Shown here: piece after piece, positions 9,201 through 16,852 of the stretch | How the letters are laid out: every line of letters begins with the position of its first letter | How positions within the stretch are numbered: the first letter of the stretch is position 1 | Program-made: the position numbers and the translations under genes | Notes under the pieces: model-generated | Databases searched by the model: none | What the model was told of the DNA's origin: nothing | Seen by the model: only the letters and a program-made list of their open reading frames with translations | Source of the DNA: Thermoplasmatota archaeon | Lineage (GTDB): Archaea > Thermoplasmatota > Penumbrarchaeia > JASLWR01 | Direction: 5' to 3' | Assembly (NCBI GenBank): GCA_030740765.1 | Contig: JASLWR010000009.1 | Location: 1,905-65,904 of the forward strand | DNA: 64,000 bases

Positions 9201-9507
9201 CGTTAAATGGGGCCAGATATCCCGGGTCGGGGCCATTGTTGAGGCACCCATGCTGGACATTGACGTCACCCAGTCACAGGGTTCTCACTTCTTCCATAAC
9301 ATATCCGCTCTGGGCATACCCTATCTGAGCGTGTCGAGCCGTTCCACCGAAGATAGAATTGACTGGGAATGGTTGGGCAAATTGAAGTTTGAGAAGAAGG
9401 GCCGCTTTGTCAGGCACGCTCACCTTGAAAAACCGTTGATAATCAAGGTCAACGGCAAGGAGGGGAAAGGTATAGTGTTGATAAAGGAAGAATCTAACTC
9501 ATCGTAG
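6280..9507 (+). CDS. PEP/pyruvate-binding (PPDK_N / PEP-synthase N-terminal ATP-grasp) domain protein with an N-terminal receiver-like domain
   Basis: Motifs GRGSLGGKGRGIAFL and LAVRSSSLLEDS match the PPDK_N nucleotide-binding domain. An N-terminal CheY-like alpha/beta region is present (LLVSSPYDAFILNEDG...DLVITM). The true start is probably near 6610 (MSFKIQN), because the first ~80 codons are read through repeat R3. Confidence 0.7.
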   Translation: MVDKDTPAGSRKELAPEGVRFSMQTPLGSATPSPNMATGEDAFPMHPEGNVPRMQVNFNSPEQRGHRNAVDPSNLSDGNLASKVGKTDSSLTWDFRYEDYEKFFHSYHNLMSFKIQNILLVSSPYDAFILNEDGRLSEQIIEEYLELGLSSAPRLYSVPSGKRALLELKKRKYDLVITMSQIFDINPAEFGRRAKKLRPGVPVVLLATDNITVANYQVPGDHSSFDKVFQWLGDSALFLAIIKYFEDIGNVDKDTKGANVRVIVVVEDSARYYSSFLPIIYKEVMRQTKALVSEGLNEHEKRIRRRRRPKILLAETFKEALREYKKYHKYILGIITDISFQRNGKRCIDAGFKFAEKLDKNIPVLFQSSDEKHSERARVMQRPFLNKNSRTLLRDLSDFLTKELGFGDFIFRMHDATEIGRAADLKELVKLIREVPAESLRFHEKRFQFSRWLFARGELDLATKIRKKKFSDFESVDEVRDFLINGIEKTRKKRQTGIITDFSQQSFEFERSFTRFGRGSLGGKGRGIAFLSAMLRMSKINKILPEFNIRIPDTLVITTEEFTLFVGENGLDEIVHLDISDRDMAHRFVSGSLRDELRKALLRYLEHVKVPLAVRSSSLLEDSLHQPFAGIYSTYLLPNNSENIEERMELLCSAIKLVYASTYFHDAKTYIESTSQKVEEEKMGVVIQKLVGDVHGDRFYPLFSGAGVSRNYYPLPPLKRDSGIASVAIGLGKMVVDGGKVLSFSPENPRIFPGFSTTGEILQNSQRQFYCVDLARRDFDLTEGEDATLRIVNISDAKKDGILDLTASVYNPNDDIIRDGPYHEGHKVITFAGILKYERYPLANILRNLLEIGSRSLGGSVEIEFAVSNGRDDQLEFHILQIRPIISNKEKSLVMIKGVEDNEGVIVYSDKAMGNGLIDDISDIVMVLPSEMDRNQTQLIAHEIGEINSTMKKGSYLLLGPGRWGSFDRWLGIPVKWGQISRVGAIVEAPMLDIDVTQSQGSHFFHNISALGIPYLSVSSRSTEDRIDWEWLGKLKFEKKGRFVRHAHLEKPLIIKVNGKEGKGIVLIKEESNSS
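6298..6545. repeat. R3 copy 1: dispersed repeat with an internal GATGCATT(T/C)(T/C)CAATGCATC hairpin, interrupted by two insertions
   Basis: ctgctggctcccgtaaggagcttgctcctgaggg is identical to 17464-17497. gagaagatgcatttccaatgcatc...atcggaacgcagtagacccgtctaacttatcagat matches 17498-17560 with a few substitutions. Confidence 0.7.
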
Positions 9508-9522
9508 TTTTCGGTTAATCCC

Positions 9523-9852
9523 TCATCCGTTTACCGTATCGTATCCGGCCCCTTTCCATTCCACAAAGCTTCCGAAATCATATACTTCCATGAATTTTAA
9601 TTCGTCCATTATTTCCAGGGTCTGACCGCTCCGATTCCCACTTCGACAGTAAATAATATATGTACCGTTCTTGTCCAGTTTATTTAGCTCGTCCCTGAAT
9701 GTCTCGCCATAGAAATCGATATTGATGGAATTTACCAATCGATCATCTCCGAACTCGTTCGAGGTCCTGACGTCCAGGATAATTAAATCGGAATTTACCC
9801 TTATCATTTCATTGGCATCGTCTATCGATATTTTCTCGATGATCGGACCCAT
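9523..9852 (-). CDS. single-domain rhodanese-like sulfurtransferase
   Basis: Rhodanese fold motifs (ILDVRTSNEF...YCRSGNRS) with an active-site Cys in a CRxGxR loop. A possible N-terminal TM extension exists in frame upstream, but without an ATG. Confidence 0.75.
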   Translation of the reverse strand: MGPIIEKISIDDANEMIRVNSDLIILDVRTSNEFGDDRLVNSINIDFYGETFRDELNKLDKNGTYIIYCRSGNRSGQTLEIMDELKFMEVYDFGSFVEWKGAGYDTVNG

Positions 9853-10111
9853 TTCATTTTGATTTTTTTCGGTATCTTCCTCGTTTAGAAGGACATACGA
9901 AACTGCACCGAGAGCGATACCGACCAGGACTGCGATGAAAAAAGTTAAACTTTCGGCTTAAAAGCATAGCACGATTCTGACATTTTAACCTCAATCCTGC
10001 ATTTCCAACCCTGTGGAAATTCCAAGTATTTAGGAGGATTTACATTCAAATTTTAGAGAGAATGAAGTTCCAGATATTGAGTTTCGATAATTGGTTCGGA
10101 TTCAAATTGAC

Positions 10112-10420
10112 TTATTGTAAGACTTTCAATCTGATCTCTTTTGTCTTGGCTTCAATGATGACCTTAGAATACGGATTCAGATGATAGAGGTCCGCAATAG
10201 GTTTTGGGATCCTCACAGCCAAACTATTCCCCGTTTTGAACAGAGATAACTCTTTGCGCTTCTTCATATATCTGAAGAATTTTACGATAACATCAACATC
10301 ATCCGAATTGCTATGAGTATTACCGCATTCACAGCGCCAACCCCGTATCTTGAAACCTTTTAAATCGACATCATCAACTTCTGTCATTTCTTTATCGCAG
10401 ATATTGCACTTGTGAGCCAT
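10112..10420 (-). CDS. Zn-ribbon + AbrB/SpoVT-like DNA-binding protein (paralog of 5239-5553)
   Basis: CNICDK...WRCECGNT zinc ribbon followed by an LFKTGNSLAVRIPKPIADLY swapped-hairpin-like segment. ATGA overlap with the upstream gene. Confidence 0.6.
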   Translation of the reverse strand: MAHKCNICDKEMTEVDDVDLKGFKIRGWRCECGNTHSNSDDVDVIVKFFRYMKKRKELSLFKTGNSLAVRIPKPIADLYHLNPYSKVIIEAKTKEIRLKVLQ

Positions 10421-10710
10421 TATTTCCCTCCTCTCAAGATTTTCATTTTATCTTTGGTTGCTTTAATCTTCCCCACATGTCCGATCAACCAATATTCGAC
10501 ACGATCTTCAACCATGACGATTAGGATGTGTTTTCCTCTATGACACCATTTTTCAGTAAATCCCTTTTTCCGTTTCTTGACTTCACTTCCGTTCTCCATT
10601 ACCCATATCACATCATCTATGGTGATATCACACTCTAACATCTCCTTATCGGCATTCCGATAGTTATCCACTACAAGTTCTTTACCCTTCCATGTCTGCG
10701 TTGGAACCAC
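10420..10710 (-). CDS. small hypothetical protein (paralog of 5558-5809), first gene of the cassette
   Basis: 96 aa. Same gene order and 4-nt overlap as the 5.2-5.8 kb cassette. Confidence 0.5.
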   Translation of the reverse strand: MVPTQTWKGKELVVDNYRNADKEMLECDITIDDVIWVMENGSEVKKRKKGFTEKWCHRGKHILIVMVEDRVEYWLIGHVGKIKATKDKMKILRGGK

Positions 10711-10895
10711 TCCAAAGGATTATATATATTAATATCATGCATAATATATATTATTTTCTATGAAATGTAAAAAAGCATGATGTGATTTTCTTCTGGAACT
10801 TCATTATCGACTATTCGTTCTGTAGTTATTCTTCGATTTTCATTCTATGTGGAAATCCTCCTAATTGAATATTTCCACCGAGCGATTCTGGTATT

Positions 10896-11081
10896 ACGTA
10901 TAACGATTGGCAGGTTCACGAACTTCCGTCGGGGGAAACAATTCATTGGTATCGGTATTGGCGGGGTAGGAATTTGGGTGGAGGCCGACAGGCCGAGAGC
11001 CTGAAACCGGCTAGTTATACGAGCCCGATAGGGCCAAGAATTCGTGGTTGGAAAGGGGGTTAATTGGGGGAGAATTCACAG
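10896..11081. repeat. R1b: ~185-nt structured repeat (family R1), starting acgtataacg and containing gttatacgag
   Basis: See R1a for the alignment and compensatory changes. Confidence 0.6.
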
Positions 11082-11324
11082 TTTATCAGAATCGCCGAAA
11101 AATGCCTTCGGGACGTAGCTTTCCGTTGGCGAAGGCCAGCAGGAAAATTTCGGAAAACATGCCTTATACTAAAACGTAGTTTTAATCCCTATCCCTTTTT
11201 CTTGGTCCGGTTTCCGAAGTAGCGGAGGAATTATTTTTCGATCTTACCTTATGGTAGCTTAAAGTTCTTTGTTCATATGATTTTCTCCATGAATAAAGTC
11301 ATGGGGAAATTCCGATTTACGACT

Positions 11325-11400
11325 GCCACAAGTTATCCGAGGGCGTTAGCTCCGAGCATTGTAGGGGGATAGTTCCCTACAAGCGCAGAGTTCCCGACCA
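11325..11400. repeat. R1c: partial copy (3' two-thirds) of the R1 element
   Basis: caagttatccgagggcgttagctccgagcattgtagggggatagttccctacaagcgcag aligns with gttatgcgagaccgttaggtccgagcattggggaggggcggtagtccctcaacgagcgcag in R1a. Confidence 0.55.
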
Positions 11401-11443
11401 TCTTGCTTTCCTGGGGTTAGGCTAATTGAATAATACAATATAT

Positions 11444-11875
11444 TTAAAGTTCTGGCACTTTTTCATACCCTATTTTAGAAAAGTCGCTATCAAAAGTAAA
11501 TATATAGTTGATACCATATTTTTTCATATATGTCACAATACTCCAATCAACGAAGGAAAGTTTAGTTTTTCTTTCTTCAATATTTTCCCAGATATTTAAA
11601 AAATTTAGAGAATTAAATGGATGAATGATTACATTTGATTGCAATATTCTTCCCATAATATCCATTGCTGCTCTATAATTGTAATTGTACAATAAAAAAG
11701 TATAGGTTTCTTGTAGAACCAACTCTGATGTATGTATGGGTCCAAAATTTAGTTCACCGTTTTTATTTTTCTCTATGAATGATCTTGCTTTTTTATGGTG
11801 GATGTCTTTTTTCTCATTTAATGCCACCCAAGCACTGGTATCTATAAAAATAGGTGGATATTTTATTCTTCCCAT
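11444..11875 (-). CDS. vapC: PIN-domain ribonuclease toxin
   Basis: IFIDTSAWVAL N-terminal acidic motif and FVDWSIV...IFTFDSDF C-terminal acidic residues. The ORF-track start (11935) is probably too long; MGRIKYPPIFIDTS fits a VapC start. Confidence 0.75.
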   Translation of the reverse strand: MGRIKYPPIFIDTSAWVALNEKKDIHHKKARSFIEKNKNGELNFGPIHTSELVLQETYTFLLYNYNYRAAMDIMGRILQSNVIIHPFNSLNFLNIWENIEERKTKLSFVDWSIVTYMKKYGINYIFTFDSDFSKIGYEKVPEL

Positions 11876-11876
11876 A

Positions 11877-12131
11877 CTACGACATCCCATACACAATATC
11901 ATCCACAGTAGCTTCCCTCTTCTTAGGTTCATCACTTCGAGGTTCTAAGCCGAAACAAGAGGCACCCCAATCCACCTTTTTCTTTTTTATCTCCCCATCC
12001 AAGAGTTCTCTTAAAAGAGCCGAGACGGTGATTCCCTTCTCTTCTACAATACTTCTTATCGTCTCAACTTGTTCCTCTGGAAACTTTGTACTCAACACTA
12101 CTTCTGCCATAAGTATACCTACGTCTACCAT
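11877..12131 (-). CDS. vapB: ribbon-helix-helix/CopG-like antitoxin
   Basis: 84-aa ORF immediately upstream of vapC and overlapping it, with an RHH-like region ITVSALLRELL. Exact start uncertain. Confidence 0.55.
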   Translation of the reverse strand: MVDVGILMAEVVLSTKFPEEQVETIRSIVEEKGITVSALLRELLDGEIKKKKVDWGASCFGLEPRSDEPKKREATVDDIVYGMS

Positions 12132-12319
12132 TCTATATATAACTTTCCTTCGGACTTAAAGATTATTTTATTAGGGAGAGGGAGAATGACAACTTATCGC
12201 CTAACCACAAAAGTCAATTATATTTTGTGATGGTCGGGGATTTCGCATACCTACTCGTGAATTGATATGAAAGATCTTGAAACTTTCGGCGTTTAAACCA
12301 TAGGACGATTCCGATATTT

Positions 12320-12371
12320 CGTATAACTCCCTTATTCGCGAATAAAAATTGCAGATAAAGGGAGTTATGCG
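12320..12371. promoter_or_regulatory. R2 copy 2: the same 14-bp-stem hairpin (CGTATAACTCCCTT ... AAGGGAGTTATGCG), ~190 bp upstream of the vapBC operon start
   Basis: 12323-12378 is identical to 5981-6036. Both copies sit 5' of minus-strand TA-like operons. Confidence 0.6.
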
Positions 12372-12515
12372 ATGTTTTTACGAAAAGTCTTTCTCGTGAG
12401 GATCCCGTCGACGTAATCGATAACCCCATTATCGGTGTACAACGCCACTATCCACCGCAAAGCCGTTATTTCTTCAGTTCCGCACCACACGCCCTCAAGT
12501 GAAACTCCTCGCTCT

Positions 12516-13727
12516 TTACTGGACCCCGAGCAGGTCCGCCATGCCGATCACATCAATGCCATCAATACTTTTCTGGGGCTTTCTAGCAACCATAATTCTC
12601 TTTTTCACTTTTCGGCTTTTAACGGCCTTAATATTTTTGATGTCGTTATCTACTATTGAGTCAAGATATTTGATCTCATAGGCAGTTCCCTTAACGAGAA
12701 AATCCACCTCTTTACCTCCTTGCTCCAAGTAAGTTACCTCCCCTTTTTTCCTGAGAGCAAGATACATTAAATTCTCAGCCAGAGCCCCCTTTGCAATACC
12801 ACCGCTAATAATGCTGAGAATCCCATTGTCACATACATATACCTTTTTTGGAGAATAGATACGTTCGTTGGGAGTACCTTCTTTTAAAACAATGTCTATA
12901 AGGAATGCCTCCTGAAAAAGGTTAAGGTAGTTCGTTACCGTCTCTCTTGAAAGTCCCAGTACCCTTGAAAGTTTTGAGGCCGTCAAGCGTCTTCCGGCTC
13001 TCTGGCATATAAGGTAAAACATTTTTTTCATAAGGACAGGGGTCTGAATATTGCATCTGGGTACAATATCCTTGTAAATGATGTCCTCAACCACATCTTC
13101 TATATATTGCGGATCATCGGTGAGCACGTATTCCGGCATTCCCCCCGTCACCATGAAATCCTCGATGTACTGTCCCAACAGATATCCTTCAGATGGGTTT
13201 ATATCCAGTGATCTGAACTGAATATACTCGTGAAAGTTCAAGGGATCAACATTCATCCTCGCATTGCGTCCCACCAGATGACCGCTCCTGTGTTTTATTA
13301 TCAAACTGTTTGAGCCGGTGGCAATGATAAAGAGATTGGGCTCCAGATCATAAAGCACTTTCAATTCTTTTTCGAAGCCCTCCCTTGCATGAACCTCATC
13401 GAAGAGGATATAGGCCTGTTGTTCCCTGCCAATTCGGAATATGCTTCGATATTCATCCACAACATTCAAAAGAGACATCTCTGAAATGGCGGGGTGGTCA
13501 ACTGATATGAAAAAAATATTGGAAGCATCAGTATCTTTCAGCTTTTCAGCAACAAACTGCTTCATTATAGTGGTCTTGCCACAGCGCCTAAGGCCGTATA
13601 CAAATACCAATCGTCGAGTAGAAAGTTTTTCATCCAATTCCTTTAGATAAGATGTCCGTTTCACACCCGGGAACTTGAACTCGCCCTCCCACCATGGATT
13701 ATATCTGTAGAGCAGTTCCTTGTTCAT
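12516..13727 (-). CDS. archaeal-type AAA+ ATPase (COG1373/DUF4143 family)
   Basis: Walker A GLRRCGKTT, Walker B ILFDEVH and a DUF4143-like C-terminal half. The internal start MNKELLYRY (13727) is preferred over 13778, because both AAATTGCA(G/C)ATA motifs (13770, 13802) then lie upstream. Confidence 0.75.
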   Translation of the reverse strand: MNKELLYRYNPWWEGEFKFPGVKRTSYLKELDEKLSTRRLVFVYGLRRCGKTTIMKQFVAEKLKDTDASNIFFISVDHPAISEMSLLNVVDEYRSIFRIGREQQAYILFDEVHAREGFEKELKVLYDLEPNLFIIATGSNSLIIKHRSGHLVGRNARMNVDPLNFHEYIQFRSLDINPSEGYLLGQYIEDFMVTGGMPEYVLTDDPQYIEDVVEDIIYKDIVPRCNIQTPVLMKKMFYLICQRAGRRLTASKLSRVLGLSRETVTNYLNLFQEAFLIDIVLKEGTPNERIYSPKKVYVCDNGILSIISGGIAKGALAENLMYLALRKKGEVTYLEQGGKEVDFLVKGTAYEIKYLDSIVDNDIKNIKAVKSRKVKKRIMVARKPQKSIDGIDVIGMADLLGVQ

Positions 13728-13769
13728 ATACAAATAATCTCCCTTCATCTTTAAATAATTTGCTAATGA

Positions 13770-13813
13770 AAATTGCACATATTGTCAAAAAGCGCTAATA
13801 GAAATTGCAGATA
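13770..13813. promoter_or_regulatory. two tandem AAATTGCA(C/G)ATA motifs (13770-13781, 13802-13813), the same core as in R2, upstream of the AAA ATPase
   Basis: The core AAATTGCAGATAA is shared with 6005-6017 and 12347-12359. On the coding (minus) strand it reads TTATCTGCAATTT followed by A/T-rich sequence, consistent with an archaeal BRE/TATA-like promoter. Confidence 0.45.
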
Positions 13814-13975
13814 ATTGGCAAAAGTGTCGTTAAGCTCAGCACCCCTCCATAAATATGTTGTCTGTACCAGGGCTTTGATCACAAATTTGTCTCTTATTTC
13901 AATTCCATTTCACTTATCAGGAACGCTAAGATTATTAATAACTGACGATGTCGCTTTCCCGAAGGTTCAGAGTAT

Positions 13976-14900
13976 TCACTTTTTCAATTCCGCACCGCAC
14001 GCCCTGCAGTGAAATTCTTCCCGTTCTACCGGAGCCTTGCATACGGGACACTTCCCAATCGATCCTCGAGCCATTTTCTTGGTGCTGGCAGAGCTGGGCA
14101 TTCCAATTATTTTTGGCACCCCATTTGCATCTTCCTCAACATGGATCTTCCAGAGTTCGCCGTACTTTTGTACCACAGGAAGTATATCCGGGGGAAGTAT
14201 GAGAGTTCCGTCATTTGAGATGAAAACATCCCTATCTTCCTCGAGCTGGTTCAGATCCATTTCCACGCCGTGCTGTCCGATGAAACGGCCGTCGCGAAGC
14301 TCCAGGGACCTGTCGGTATAGGAAGCGATATGTTTAGAATGGGTTACGACCAAGCAGGTGGTACCGAGCTTGTCTCTGAGCCCGGATATTATTTCCATGA
14401 CATTCTCGGCATTGCGGTAATCAAGATTCCCGGTGGGCTCGTCCATGAGAAGAACTGCCGGATCGTTTGCCAGAGCCCGGGCTATGGCAACTCTTTGCCG
14501 CTCACCACCGCTCAGATGGCTCGGGTGAGCCTTCATCCGATCCTCGATTCCCAGGAGTTTCATGAGTCCCGTTGCCTTCTTAACCGCCTCGGGCCGCTTC
14601 ATGTTTGCAAAACGTAAGGTCTGGACGACATTGGCGAGAACGGCAAGGTTCTCTATTAGATTGAAGTCCTGGAAGATCCAGCCCACATCATGACGGCGTA
14701 TCTCGGTAAGTTGAAAATGTTTCATATCCTTCAGGTTCTTGCCGTTCACCTCGACTTCTTCGCCTTAGGGGGAAAACAAAGCGCCGATGACATTCAACAA
14801 GGCTGATTTCCCGCAGCCTCGGAAATAAAAAGAGGAACCGCCAGGGACAAGAATACCAACAGTGCGGCCACTACCAGTGCAATACCCATATTTTTGGTTT
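13976..14900 (-). pseudogene. ABC transporter ATP-binding protein (MacB/LolD-like) with a C-terminal Zn ribbon; N-terminal nucleotide-binding region disrupted by an in-frame TAA and a degenerate Walker A
   Basis: Intact Q-loop through H-loop ([31 protein letters not shown]) from a GTG at 14749. In the same frame upstream the sequence reads ...VPGGSSFYFRGCGKSALLNVIGALFSP*GEEVEVNGKNL, with TAA at 14765-14767 on the complement. No upstream ORF of 60 aa or more appears in the track. Confidence 0.5.
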
Positions 14901-14925
14901 TCATCGTCCAACCTCCGAGTCTAAA

Positions 14926-15885
14926 TTACTGTATTTCCTTCTTCTTCAGCCTGAAAACCGACAGCACCGTAAGTCCGGCCGGGATCAAAGTCCAGATCAG
15001 CCAGGAGGTAGCCTGTGAATAATAGTTGGTCAACGGTATCGAAGCCAGCTGGAATCCCTGATCGGGCTCATCAAGTGACACTCCAAGATTATGCGTACCT
15101 GCAAACAACCCCATCTGCTCCTGGAACGTGGGTGTGAGATCAATTCCCGCAGCCTCGGTAAACGAGATGAAGATATTCCCCATGTGATACCCCGGATCAA
15201 AATAATAGAGATGGTTATCCACGTAGAATTCCGAAAAACCGGACCTGATTATGTAGAAGGCGAGATAAATCACAATGACCAGGGCCGCCGATATTATCAT
15301 GACAAGCACGCGGCTTTTGGATACGGTGGAGAGAACGAGAGGGATGGTACCGAAGACCACCGCCACGAACAGTGAATATAGAAGCAGTATTGGTATATAT
15401 AGAAACAGATCCCATATGACCGACAGGTGGGCTCCAGAGATCGTCACCAGAACGTATATGGTTATAAAGATGGCGATAATCTCCATTACTGCCACGAATA
15501 GAAGATATGCTAGGAATTTACCCAGGATCACCTCCCACCTGCGAATGGGCCTGGTAATCAGCGACAGCAGCGTGCCGCGGCTGTCTTCGCCGACAATGAA
15601 ATCCGAAACTGTCCATGCTGCAAAGAAGGCCAGTACAATTCCGCCTACCCAGAAATAAACAGTAAAGAAGAGAATATCCTTGAGCATGAGGGCCTGGATA
15701 TCCAGTGGATAACTGTCTACATCGGCAGCGTAAGCGGAGACAATGGGAAGGATGATGGCCGCAACAAGAAAGATAAAAGCCCGGGGTAAGCTCAATATCT
15801 TCTCAAGTTCCCTGTCAGCGATTATGTGAAATCGCGATCCGGATCTCCCTGTCCCTTTGGTATCTATTTCACTCATGGGACGCAC
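14926..15885 (-). CDS. ABC-2 family transporter permease
   Basis: 319 aa, 6-7 predicted TM helices, typical ABC-2 topology. Translationally coupled to the upstream ATPase (overlap). Confidence 0.7.
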   Translation of the reverse strand: MRPMSEIDTKGTGRSGSRFHIIADRELEKILSLPRAFIFLVAAIILPIVSAYAADVDSYPLDIQALMLKDILFFTVYFWVGGIVLAFFAAWTVSDFIVGEDSRGTLLSLITRPIRRWEVILGKFLAYLLFVAVMEIIAIFITIYVLVTISGAHLSVIWDLFLYIPILLLYSLFVAVVFGTIPLVLSTVSKSRVLVMIISAALVIVIYLAFYIIRSGFSEFYVDNHLYYFDPGYHMGNIFISFTEAAGIDLTPTFQEQMGLFAGTHNLGVSLDEPDQGFQLASIPLTNYYSQATSWLIWTLIPAGLTVLSVFRLKKKEIQ

Positions 15886-16852
15886 CTCCTTTCCCGTTCT
15901 CGTTTTTTTCGGAAACCGAGCTCAGGAAAATATCCTCTAGCGATACGTCCCGCTTTTTAAAAGACATCATAATGGCCTTTGATTTATAGACAATTTCGGT
16001 AACCGCTTCCTCGAGAACATCGTCCTTCTCCGAAACCACCTGTATCCGATTTTCATCGTCGATCCAAGCACGCTTGACATATCGAAGCCGCTTCAATCTT
16101 TCCAATATCAGCTCATTTTTGGACGTTTCCAGAAGAAAATGATTCCCGGCCAGCTGGTCTTTGATAACACCAACATCGTCCGAGAGGATTATCTCTCCCT
16201 TGTTTATGATGGTAACTGTATCGGCCAGTTTTTCAACTTCCCCAAGGATGTGGCTGCTGACGAGGACTGTAAGTCCACGGTCACGGACAAGTTCCAATAT
16301 GTGCTCGATCATACCAGCACGTCCCACGGGATCGAGATTTGCAGTGGGCTCGTCCAGGATGAGTATCTCCGGCTCGTGTATCAGTGCTTGCGCTAGGGCC
16401 GCCTTCTGTTTCATTCCCGAGCTGTAGTTGTTTACTTTACGGTCCGCCGCTTCCTCCAGCTTCAGCCAGAGTATCAGCTCTTCGGCCTTTTTTGCTGCCT
16501 CCGCTTTGCCCAGGTGCCCGAGCCTTCCCATGTAGATCAGATATTTGAAAAGTGTCATATCAAAGAACTTGGGCTGCTCCGACACGTATCCAATGAGCGA
16601 GTTCGCCTTGACCGAACCAGCTTTATATCCCTTTATTGTAGCAGTGCCCTGGGTAATGCTCAAACCCCCAACCAGCATCTTTATAGTTGTGGTCTTTCCG
16701 GCGCCGTTGGGACCCAGGAAGCCGTGGGCCTGTCCGGCCCGGACTTTGAAATCGATACCGTTCACGGCCTTGACGATATTGGCCCCGCCGCCGAAATGTT
16801 TTGTAAGGTCCTTAACCTCTATCATGGGGACGCTCATTCTTCCACCTCCCAT
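15869..16852 (-). CDS. ABC transporter ATP-binding protein (ABC-2 / CcmA-like)
   Basis: Walker A GPNGAGKTT, signature YSSGMKQKAALAQAL, Walker B ILILDEPTANLD, H-loop VSSHIL. Confidence 0.85.
   Translation of the reverse strand: MGGGRMSVPMIEVKDLTKHFGGGANIVKAVNGIDFKVRAGQAHGFLGPNGAGKTTTIKMLVGGLSITQGTATIKGYKAGSVKANSLIGYVSEQPKFFDMTLFKYLIYMGRLGHLGKAEAAKKAEELILWLKLEEAADRKVNNYSSGMKQKAALAQALIHEPEILILDEPTANLDPVGRAGMIEHILELVRDRGLTVLVSSHILGEVEKLADTVTIINKGEIILSDDVGVIKDQLAGNHFLLETSKNELILERLKRLRYVKRAWIDDENRIQVVSEKDDVLEEAVTEIVYKSKAIMMSFKKRDVSLEDIFLSSVSEKNENGKGGASHE

Noticed and set aside
14790-14900. Signal-peptide-like short ORF MKTKNMGIALVVAALLVFLSLAVPLFISEAAGNQPC* upstream of the truncated ABC ATPase
   Set aside because: It lies in a different frame from the Walker-A remnant and is most likely a by-product of the degenerated N-terminal region, not a separate gene. 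It is kept only as part of the pseudogene interpretation.
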